The position numbers and the translations under genes were made by a program. Source: an uncultured Deinococcales bacterium (lineage in GTDB: Bacteria > Deinococcota > Deinococci > Deinococcales > JAAFIG01). From it: 12,846 nt of DNA. This document shows, in pieces, positions 1-7,106 of the stretch. The notes under the pieces were generated by a model. The model did no database searches. It saw only the letters and a program-made list of their open reading frames with translations, and was not told the DNA's origin. The number at the start of each line of letters is the position of its first letter. Position 1 is the first letter of the stretch. The stretch is taken from positions 1 through 12,846 of the forward strand of contig CAXTTL010000138.1 of NCBI GenBank assembly GCA_964247135.1, given 5' to 3'.

Positions 1-2
1 TC

Positions 3-1646
3 GAGGGTCTGGTGGTCGGCGTTGACCTGGAAAGCAAAAATCCACTCGAGCGTGCGATGTTAAGTTTGTATCAAACCGGCACCAAAAGCCTGGTCAAATT
101 GAGCCTCGAGCGTTTGGAATCGATCACGATTTTGGATGCGGTGGCGGCGGGCGATCTCGAGTTTGCGCTGCAAAATGCCAAACGCGACGAAGACCGATCC
201 TCGGCGCTGCTGCGGCTCTCCGAGGGTGAGCACGATCTGTCCGTTTCTTATATTGCCCCAGCCCCAGCTTGGCGCGTTTCGTACCGCGTGATTGCCGAAG
301 AAATTGAGGGTACTGAACCCGATGCTCGAGAAATTTTCGTGCAGGGTTGGGGTCTTTTTGACAACACGCTCGAGGAAGACCTTGACGGTGTGGAACTGAG
401 TTTGATGGCGGGAATGCCCGTCTCGTTTCGTTATTCCCTGTTCGCGCCCAACACGCCCGAACGTCCCTTGGTCGAAGATCAAGAGCGCACGGTCGGCGCT
501 CCGATCCAGTTTGCAAGCATGGAATACATGGAAGAGGCGAGCGTCGGATCGATGGGTGGCATGGCACGAGCCAAAAAGTCAATGGCTCCAGCCATGGCTG
601 CCGCCCCAGCACCGCTCTCGAGCCAGATGATGCAAAGTTCAAAACCCGTATCACAAGGTGAGTCTCGAGGCGCATTGTTCGCCTACCGGGTGGCGCATCC
701 GGTCAGCGTGGCGAGGGGTCAATCGGGCATGGTCTTGCTGATGTCGGCAAAACTCAAAGGCAAACGCGAACTCTTATACAACGGCGCGAAAAATCCCGAA
801 AATCCGGTCGCCAGCTTGCGCTTTGAGAACGGCTCTGGTTTTACCCTCGAGCGAGGACCCGTCACGGTGCTCGAGGCGCAAGCTTCACAATCCGCCGAGT
901 ACGCGGGTGAGGCGGTGCTCGAGTTCACACCGTCCGGCGCGGAAGTGATCGTGGCGTTTGCGGTCGAACTCGGTGTCAAGGTCACCGAACAACAAACCTG
1001 GGAAACCCATTTAAACCGTATCAGTGTGTCTCAAGGTTATTTGCTGGTTCAAGAATATCAAACCTGCCGAACTCGTTTTGAGATCATTTCGCAACTCGAG
1101 AAATCCGTGGTCGTGACGCTCGAGCGGGATCGCTTGAACGGTTACGATTTTTTTGAAACCGTTCAGCCCGAATCGCTGACCATGACCCTGGCGCGTTGGA
1201 AACTTGATGTTGGCAGCAAAGCCAAGCTCGGGTTTGTGGTGCAAGAACGGATGCTCCAGAGCCGTTACGAGCAAGTCAGAAACATCACGTTTGAAAGTTT
1301 GAGCGAATATTTGAAGAACAGGTTTTTGGACTCGAGCACCTTTGAGGCGTTGAAAAGCATCCGCAATCTGTACGCCCAGATTGAAAGCACAAACTCAAAA
1401 ATCAGTTCGCTCGAGGCTGAGCGTGAACGCATTTTTGCGCGTCAAACCCAAATTCAAGGTAACCTCTCGCCGCTGGCTCGAGACGGCGACGAGGGGCGAC
1501 TGCGTTCCAAATTGGTCAAAGAACTCGACGAGTCCGAAAACCGTTTGAAAACGCTCGAGAAAGAATCCGAAAACCTGCGGACACTGGCTGCAACTCTCGA
1601 GCAAGACGCCGCCAAGGCGATAGCGGCGCTCGAGCCTAAAACTTAA
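3..1646 (+). CDS. DUF4139-domain protein with C-terminal coiled coil (5'-truncated)
   Basis: The frame is open from base 3 (GAG GGT CTG GTG GTC...), so the true start lies upstream of the window. Motifs SYIAPAPAWRVSYR, WGLFDNTLEEDLDGVELSLMAGMP, FAYRVAHPVSVARGQSGMV and FTLERGPVTV..YAGE match the DUF4139 pattern. An Ala/Pro/Met-rich linker and a heptad-rich C-terminus follow. Confidence 0.75.
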   Translation, partial: EGLVVGVDLESKNPLERAMLSLYQTGTKSLVKLSLERLESITILDAVAAGDLEFALQNAKRDEDRSSALLRLSEGEHDLSVSYIAPAPAWRVSYRVIAEEIEGTEPDAREIFVQGWGLFDNTLEEDLDGVELSLMAGMPVSFRYSLFAPNTPERPLVEDQERTVGAPIQFASMEYMEEASVGSMGGMARAKKSMAPAMAAAPAPLSSQMMQSSKPVSQGESRGALFAYRVAHPVSVARGQSGMVLLMSAKLKGKRELLYNGAKNPENPVASLRFENGSGFTLERGPVTVLEAQASQSAEYAGEAVLEFTPSGAEVIVAFAVELGVKVTEQQTWETHLNRISVSQGYLLVQEYQTCRTRFEIISQLEKSVVVTLERDRLNGYDFFETVQPESLTMTLARWKLDVGSKAKLGFVVQERMLQSRYEQVRNITFESLSEYLKNRFLDSSTFEALKSIRNLYAQIESTNSKISSLEAERERIFARQTQIQGNLSPLARDGDEGRLRSKLVKELDESENRLKTLEKESENLRTLAATLEQDAAKAIAALEPKT

Positions 1647-1678
1647 AATCACAATCATTTGTCTGGGTTTGTTCGGGT

Positions 1679-1684
1679 TAAACT
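1679..1684 (+). promoter_or_regulatory. -10 box TAAACT, probable leaderless promoter
   Basis: TAAACT lies 6 nt before GTG 1691 with no Shine-Dalgarno. It overlaps the palindrome AACTCGAGTT (1681-1690). Confidence 0.6.
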
Positions 1685-1690
1685 CGAGTT

Positions 1691-3022
1691 GTGCTTTTGT
1701 ATGCAAAATTATTAAATTCAATCTCTTTCGAGCTTGATGGCGAAATCTTCCAGGGGCTTCAAGGTCGTCCTCTCGAGCTGATGGTGTTCTTGGCATCTCG
1801 AGGCGATGCCAAAACCTGGACTGCACTCGAGGCTATAGGATTTGTTCACGACGATCTCGAGGCGGCAGAACTCGAGCCGTTGCGTGAATTCTTGGTGGTC
1901 GAAAACGATTCTTTGCGGCTCGAGGCAGGGTCAGATGTGCAAGATTATTTGAATGCTGGCGCTAACCTTCGGACGCTCACCAGTTTGCGCGGCGAGTTTG
2001 CGCCGGGTTTAAACTCAAGTCATCCAGCCTTTCAAACTTGGCTGACGCGCGAACGATTTGAACTGCACAAGGTTTTCTTGAAAGCCTTGCTCGAGAATTC
2101 GGCGGGATTGTTTGAAACTGGACGCACCGAAGAGGCGAGCAAAAACCTCGAGTTTGTGATGCGCGAATGCCAGAAATACAATGACTTCAATCCTGAATTT
2201 GGGGCGGAAATCTCGCTCGAGTTGGCGCGGTTTGAATGGCGTTTAAACCATCCCGAAAAAAGCGCCGAACACCTTCAAAGGGCGCTGCCAAATTTGCACG
2301 GCATTGCTGCCGATCATGTCAAAGCCAACCTTGCCAGTGCGCTGATTCGCGTTGGAAAACCCAAAGCAGTTATCGCGCTGCTCGAGCCAATGCCAAACCA
2401 CCTCGAAGCCAAAGGTTGGGCGCTGGTCCATCTGGCAAATGCGTACCGAATTCTAGACGACCTCGAGAACAGCCTCAAGTTTGCGCTCGACGCGTTTCAG
2501 ATTTCAAACCTCGAGCAAGACGGTTTTATGGCTGTGGCGGCGTTGACGGTACAAGGCGAGGCGTTGCTCGAGAAAGCGATGCTCGAGGCAGTGAATCCAA
2601 AAGAGGCAGTCATCGCCTTTGGTAAAGCCGTCGGAATATCAGAAGTCTTGGGCGAGGATGCCAGCGCTGGCGTGCTGGCGGGTTTGGGACATGCCCACGC
2701 GGTCTGGGGCAGTAAAAACAAGGCGCTCGAGGTTTCAGAAAAAGCCTTCAAACGCGCCCGAGCCGCCAAAGATGCCGCCAACACCACCCGAGCGCTTTTG
2801 GCGCTTTATGCCACCACCAAAATTGGCAGTTTTGCCCGCAACGCCCTGACCGAAGCCAGGATTGCCGGTCACAAACCGTATGAATTGCTGGCGTTGCTCG
2901 AGGTGAGCGAAAAAGAAAAAGATTTGGCTTTGGCGCAAGACGCCCTCGAATTGGCGCGTTCAATCGGTTCAAAACGCCTGCAAGCTCGGGCTTCAAATCT
3001 GGTTCATCAGCTCGAGACTTGA
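1691..3022 (+). CDS. TPR-repeat protein with degenerate N-terminal SARP/BTAD-like region
   Basis: 443 aa. The N-terminus (KLLNSISFELDG...PLELMVFLA) and LRGEFAPGL...FQTWLTRERFEL resemble SARP/BTAD regulators. The C-terminal two thirds are Ala/Leu-rich TPR-like helices (e.g. GWALVHLANAYRILDDLENSLKFALDAF, AGVLAGLGHAHAVWGSKNKALEVSEKAF). Confidence 0.65.
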   Translation: MLLYAKLLNSISFELDGEIFQGLQGRPLELMVFLASRGDAKTWTALEAIGFVHDDLEAAELEPLREFLVVENDSLRLEAGSDVQDYLNAGANLRTLTSLRGEFAPGLNSSHPAFQTWLTRERFELHKVFLKALLENSAGLFETGRTEEASKNLEFVMRECQKYNDFNPEFGAEISLELARFEWRLNHPEKSAEHLQRALPNLHGIAADHVKANLASALIRVGKPKAVIALLEPMPNHLEAKGWALVHLANAYRILDDLENSLKFALDAFQISNLEQDGFMAVAALTVQGEALLEKAMLEAVNPKEAVIAFGKAVGISEVLGEDASAGVLAGLGHAHAVWGSKNKALEVSEKAFKRARAAKDAANTTRALLALYATTKIGSFARNALTEARIAGHKPYELLALLEVSEKEKDLALAQDALELARSIGSKRLQARASNLVHQLET

Positions 3023-3654
3023 GCTTTCTCGAGTAACTCCTGGTACATTTTTCTAACGCGAATCGCAACGGGTGCAGCCAGCACTTTTTGTATCATCTCG
3101 AGGCTCGGGTTTGGGTCGTAAAACCAATCGAAAGTATCAACCACACTCAAATACGCAACTTCACTCGGCTCGAACTTGACCGATTCGCCAACTTGAACCT
3201 CACCCTCTTTGATCACCCGACAGTACAAGCCTGGTCGGCGGGCTTGCTTAAATTTTTTGACAAACCCCGCGTCGCCCATTCGCGCCGCCAAGGTGCTACA
3301 CGGAATTCTGGACGCCGAAACCTCGAGCGAGACCGTGCCAATATTTAGGCGGTCACCGATATTGAACTTGGCGCTCTCAAGGTCGCTGACCGTCAGGTTT
3401 TCACCAAACACTCCAGGCTCGAGGTTCGTTTGCAATTGCTGCGACCACCAGGCGTAATCGGTTGTGCCGTAAACATAAACGGCTTGGTCTGGACCGCCGT
3501 GGTGCTTTTTGTTTTGCACCACATCAGCCTCGAGTCCGAGTTTTCCAACGCGGACTGGGTGGTTAACGGGCGTTTTGAAAATTCCCGTTTTGGTGTTGTG
3601 ATGTCCCACCTCGAGCGGTTGTGAACTGCCGATGTTGACAGAAATCAGTTTCAT
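3007..3654 (-). CDS. MOSC-domain protein (YiiM-like, with C-terminal 3-alpha region)
   Basis: Motifs TGIFK, GLEADV..KKHHGGPDQAVYVY, PGVFGENLT, RIPC (conserved Cys) and GLYCRVIKEGEVQVG are hallmarks of the YiiM/MOSC family. Confidence 0.92.
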   Translation of the reverse strand: MKLISVNIGSSQPLEVGHHNTKTGIFKTPVNHPVRVGKLGLEADVVQNKKHHGGPDQAVYVYGTTDYAWWSQQLQTNLEPGVFGENLTVSDLESAKFNIGDRLNIGTVSLEVSASRIPCSTLAARMGDAGFVKKFKQARRPGLYCRVIKEGEVQVGESVKFEPSEVAYLSVVDTFDWFYDPNPSLEMIQKVLAAPVAIRVRKMYQELLEKAQVSS

Positions 3655-3657
3655 GGA

Positions 3658-4071
3658 TCAGTCTATCTCGAGCGACCGAATCACAACTGGAATCTCGCGC
3701 ACCTGATCGAGTAACTCCCAAGCCCGAGCCTGTTGATGTTGAACGTCCAAAATAAGGTAGGGCACGTCCCAGGTGGCTTTCTCGAGATCGGTTTTGGACG
3801 GTACGGCTTCATGCCTTGGGTGCGAATGGTAAATCCCGATCAACTCGAGGTGTTGATTTTTGATGGCTTTGAGGGCGCGAATCGCGCCGCTCGGCTCTGC
3901 GACGTAAAAACTGGTCGCATCGCTGGCAACATTGACCAATGGAAACACCGCACTGACCTGCCCGCTCGCAATACCCGCCAGAAAACCCACGCATTCGTTC
4001 GGTAAAGCCTTGCGTGCCAATTCAAACAAATGCGTCAGCAATATTTTCGGAAGCTCGAGTTTTGCGCTCAC
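3658..4071 (-). CDS. JAB/MPN+ (Mov34, M67 family) metalloprotease
   Basis: Complete JAMM motif E-x(n)-HSH-x7-S-x2-D: PNECVGFLAG ... IYHSHPRHEAVPSKTD. Its stop lies 3 nt upstream of the MOSC start, consistent with an operon. Confidence 0.93.
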   Translation of the reverse strand: MSAKLELPKILLTHLFELARKALPNECVGFLAGIASGQVSAVFPLVNVASDATSFYVAEPSGAIRALKAIKNQHLELIGIYHSHPRHEAVPSKTDLEKATWDVPYLILDVQHQQARAWELLDQVREIPVVIRSLEID

Positions 4072-4163
4072 AATTCAGTCTGACACGGGTGCAGGTTCCA
4101 ATGGCATCAATTTCGGCTCGGGTTCAATTGAAACTTCTTTGCTTCACTTTTGACCCCTCGGCT

Positions 4164-4172
4164 TGGTACACT
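4164..4172 (+). promoter_or_regulatory. Extended -10 promoter (TGgTACACT) of the peptide ABC operon
   Basis: TG-n-TACACT at 4164-4172, with a possible -35 TTCACT at 4143-4148 (18 nt spacer). It lies about 60 nt upstream of the SD-led ATG 4236. Confidence 0.5.
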
Positions 4173-4223
4173 TTGCCCACTCACCACGAAAATTTGCTCA
4201 CTCGAGCAAAGTGGTGCATTGTA

Positions 4224-4231
4224 AGAGGAGG
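4224..4231 (+). promoter_or_regulatory. Shine-Dalgarno of the SBP gene
   Basis: AGAGGAGG ends 4 nt before ATG 4236. Confidence 0.8.
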
Positions 4232-4235
4232 TTGT

Positions 4236-5834
4236 ATGAAGCACTGGAAGATTGCTTTTGTCACACTCGCGTTAGGGGCGGCGGCGCTGATGGTCGCCAC
4301 AGCTCAGTCAAGCGCGAAAACCCTCGTTTTTGCCCAATCGGGCGACGCGATCAACTTTGAACCAGGTGATCGTGAGGACGGCAACACGCTTCAAGCGCAA
4401 CAACCCATTTATGAACGCCTGCTCGGTTTTGAATCTGGTACGACCAAACTCGTGCCCTCATTAGCCAAAAGCTGGCGTGCCAACAAAACCGCGACCGAGT
4501 GGACGTTTAGTTTGCGTTCTGGCGTGAAGTTCCATGACGGCACGGGTTTTGATGCCGATGCGGTCAAATTCAACGTCATGCGTTGGTGGGACCCCAAGTT
4601 CGAGTTTGGTTACCGCGATAAGGGCAAGCTCTGGGAACCGATGGGCGATTTGCTTAACGGTTATAAAGGCGATGCTGGCGCAATCATCAAAGACGTGCAA
4701 GTGGTTAACAAGTACCAGATCAAATTTGTTCTGACCCAACCGTTTGCCGCTTTTGACGCGGTCATGGCTTCGATTTATTTCGAGATTGCCAGTCCAAGCG
4801 CCATCAAAAAAGCTGGAGCCGATTACGGCACACCCGCCAGCGTGGGCACCATCGCCGGCACGGGTCCATTTATCTTGAAGGATTGGAAACCAGGCGACAG
4901 AATCGTTTACAGCAAAAACCCAAATTACTGGGGCAAAACCACCACCAATGTCGATCAGCTCGTGTTCCGAACCATCAAGGACACCAGCGCCCGTTTTGCC
5001 GAGCTTCGTGCCGGAACGGTTGACTTGACAGTGAACCTCAACCCAGACGATTACGCCGCCATCAAAGCCGACCCCAAACTGAAAGCCATTTTGCGCCCAA
5101 GCTTTAACGTCGGTTATGTGGCGTTCAACACGCAACTCAAACCCTTCGACAACGTCAAGGTTCGTCAGGCGGTGGCGCAAGCCGTCAACAAAAAAGACAT
5201 CGTGGCGAGCTTCTGGAAGGGTTTGGGCGTGACCGACGGTTCGTTCTTGCCCTCAACCTTTTCTGATTTCAGATCACCCAAAGTCAAAGATTATGTCTAC
5301 AACCCAGAAGCCGCCAAGAAAGCCTTGGCAGACGCCGGATATCCGAACGGCTTTGAAGCCGATTTCTGGTACATGCCCGTGTCCAGACCGTACTTCCCAA
5401 CGCCAAAACCGATTGCCGAAGCCATCGCCGCAGACCTTGCCCAAATCGGCATCAAGCTCAACCTCAAAACCGAGGATTGGGGCACCTACCTCGAGGACCG
5501 CAAGAAGAACAAATTCCCAATGTTCTTGCTCGGCTGGACCGGCGATTACGGCGATGCCGACAACTTCTACACCCCTCACTTCGGACCTGGCGCGGTGGAT
5601 GATGTGAACTACCGCAATCAAAAAGTCTTTGATCTTCTCGAGAAAGCCCAAAAGCTCACCAGCCGCAAAGCCAAAGTGCCAATTTACCAACAAGTCGAAG
5701 AAATTCTTTTCAACGACGTGGTGCGTTTGCCCTTCGTTCACAGCCAACCGCTCGAGGCGAGCAAAGCAGAAGTGGACGGTTACAAGCCAAGCCCACTGGG
5801 TGAAATCAACTTTGCTGACATCAGCATCAAGTAA
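4236..5834 (+). CDS. Peptide/nickel ABC transporter substrate-binding protein (SBP family 5, DppA-like)
   Basis: Start moved from 4014 to ATG 4236 because of the strong SD and the signal peptide MKHWKIAFVTLALGAAALMVATAQ. Family motifs: LAKSW..TEWTFSLRSGVKFHDGT, GTGPFILKDW, NPNYWG, PFDNVKVRQAVAQAVN, GWTGDYGDADNF. 532 aa. Confidence 0.95.
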   Translation: MKHWKIAFVTLALGAAALMVATAQSSAKTLVFAQSGDAINFEPGDREDGNTLQAQQPIYERLLGFESGTTKLVPSLAKSWRANKTATEWTFSLRSGVKFHDGTGFDADAVKFNVMRWWDPKFEFGYRDKGKLWEPMGDLLNGYKGDAGAIIKDVQVVNKYQIKFVLTQPFAAFDAVMASIYFEIASPSAIKKAGADYGTPASVGTIAGTGPFILKDWKPGDRIVYSKNPNYWGKTTTNVDQLVFRTIKDTSARFAELRAGTVDLTVNLNPDDYAAIKADPKLKAILRPSFNVGYVAFNTQLKPFDNVKVRQAVAQAVNKKDIVASFWKGLGVTDGSFLPSTFSDFRSPKVKDYVYNPEAAKKALADAGYPNGFEADFWYMPVSRPYFPTPKPIAEAIAADLAQIGIKLNLKTEDWGTYLEDRKKNKFPMFLLGWTGDYGDADNFYTPHFGPGAVDDVNYRNQKVFDLLEKAQKLTSRKAKVPIYQQVEEILFNDVVRLPFVHSQPLEASKAEVDGYKPSPLGEINFADISIK

Positions 5835-5841
5835 TTTGTTT

Positions 5842-5871
5842 TCTGGGGGAAGGATTTTTCCTTCTCCCAGA
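5842..5871 (+). terminator. Stem-loop after the SBP gene (terminator or mRNA-stabilising hairpin)
   Basis: TCTGGGGGAAGGA-TTTT-TCCTTCTCCCAGA forms a 13-bp stem with one G-U pair, 7 nt after the stop. The U-tract (TTCTATT) is only weak. Confidence 0.7.
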
Positions 5872-5913
5872 TTCTATTGAGCCTCGGGATTTGAATGGCT
5901 CGAGCGGGTTTTT

Positions 5914-5972
5914 GTAGGTTGCGCCCCGCGCACCAATGGTACGTGAAAGAGGCTGCGCAAGGCGCAGCCTGG
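5914..5972. repeat. Inverted pair of GTAG-type REP-like palindromes (REPIN-like doublet)
   Basis: GTAGGTTGCGCCCCGCGCACC (5914-5934) faces AGGCTGCGC-AAG-GCGCAGCCT(GG) (5950-5972). The reverse complement of the second, CCAGGCTGCGCCTTGCGCAGCC, resembles the first. Confidence 0.55.
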
Positions 5973-6038
5973 CAACGACCTCATTTTTGTGGCGCTTATT
6001 TTGAATTTCACAAATCCTCGAGAATTCACAAGGACAAA

Positions 6039-7097
6039 ATGTTTGTTTACACCATGCGTCGCCTGATCGCCATTGTGCCTGTCTTAATCGGGATTTCGAT
6101 TTTGGTTTTCATGTTCATTCACCTGATCCCTGGCGATGCCGCCACGATTTTGTTGGGCGAACGCGGCACGCCTGAGCGTCTGGCAGAGGTTCGTGAGCAA
6201 CTGGGTTTGAACAAACCCTGGGTGGTGAATCCTGCGGGTTTGACCAAAAACGGAATTGTCGGTTTTTTTGATTCGCAGTATTTTAATTTTGTCGGCAAGC
6301 TCTTGCAGGGCGACCTTGGCGTCAGTTTATTAAAAAATATTCCGGTCAAAACCGAACTCGTACAGCGCTGGCCTGGAACAATTGAACTCTCCATTGGTGC
6401 AATGATCCTCTCGACGTTTCTGGGCATTCCAATCGGCATTTTGGCAGCCGTGCGGCGCAATTCAATCGTTGATAATCTTTCCATGACAGTTGCGCTGGTC
6501 GGCGTGTCGATGCCGATTTTCTGGCTCGGTCTGCTGCTGATCTACCTTTTTGCCGTCGAACTGCACTGGTTGCCGCCAGGTCATCGTCTCGGCACCGACC
6601 TTTCGATCTCATTTAAACCGATCACCAACTTGCTGGTTTTGGACGGCATTTTGCGCGGACAACTCAATGTCACCCTGCAAGCTTTACAACACCTGATTTT
6701 GCCCTCGGTGGCACTCGCCACCATTCCCACCGCGATCATCGCCCGCATGACGAGAAGCGCCATGCTCGAGACACTGAATCAAGATTATGTTCGTACCGCC
6801 AGGGCAAAAGGTTTGTCGCAGCGCACCGTGGTTTACAAACACGCGCTGCGTAACGCGCTGCTGCCGGTCGCCACCGTGATCGGTTTGCAGGTCGGTGCGC
6901 TCTTGGGCGGCGCCATCCTGACCGAAACGGTCTTCAGTTGGGAAGGCATCGGCTTGTGGATTTACGAGGGCATCTCGACCAGGGATTACCCGATTGTGCA
7001 GGCGGGCGTGATTTTCGTGGCTTTCATTTTTACGCTTGTCAACACCATTGTGGACATCAGTTACGCCCTGCTTGACCCCAGAATTCAGTACAGATAA
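6039..7097 (+). CDS. Peptide ABC transporter permease (DppB/OppB-like)
   Basis: Start moved from 5895 to ATG 6039 (AAGGA SD; family-typical N-terminus MFVYTMRRLIAIVPVLIG..HLIPGD). Contains the EAA-loop region DYVRTARAKGL and KHALRNALLP, ETVFSWEGIG, RDYPIVQ, LDPRI. Confidence 0.95.
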   Translation: MFVYTMRRLIAIVPVLIGISILVFMFIHLIPGDAATILLGERGTPERLAEVREQLGLNKPWVVNPAGLTKNGIVGFFDSQYFNFVGKLLQGDLGVSLLKNIPVKTELVQRWPGTIELSIGAMILSTFLGIPIGILAAVRRNSIVDNLSMTVALVGVSMPIFWLGLLLIYLFAVELHWLPPGHRLGTDLSISFKPITNLLVLDGILRGQLNVTLQALQHLILPSVALATIPTAIIARMTRSAMLETLNQDYVRTARAKGLSQRTVVYKHALRNALLPVATVIGLQVGALLGGAILTETVFSWEGIGLWIYEGISTRDYPIVQAGVIFVAFIFTLVNTIVDISYALLDPRIQYR

Positions 7098-7106
7098 GGA
7101 CACCAT

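Noticed and set aside
1-5. The window begins with TCGAG, exactly an XhoI cut end
   Set aside because: With a site every ~137 bp, and the upstream base and window selection unknown, this cannot be distinguished from chance. The many internal uncut sites argue against a digest product.
3658-4071. JAB protein as part of a CBASS or ubiquitin-like anti-phage system
   Set aside because: No CD-NTase, E1/E2 or effector genes are nearby. The context is housekeeping and sulfur/Moco-related.
4014-4235. 74-codon N-terminal extension of the SBP ORF given by the ORF track
   Set aside because: It overlaps the JAB gene and the promoter region. The SD and signal peptide mark ATG 4236 as the start.
4461-5180. 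Long antisense or alternative-frame ORFs (e.g. 4461-5180, 124-675, 9589-10098, 11168-11728, 11601-12185)
   Set aside because: They are shadow frames of well-supported genes, with no recognisable motifs or initiation signals.
5895-6038. 48-codon N-terminal extension of the first permease
   Set aside because: It runs through REP-like palindromes. The family-typical N-terminus and SD begin at 6039.
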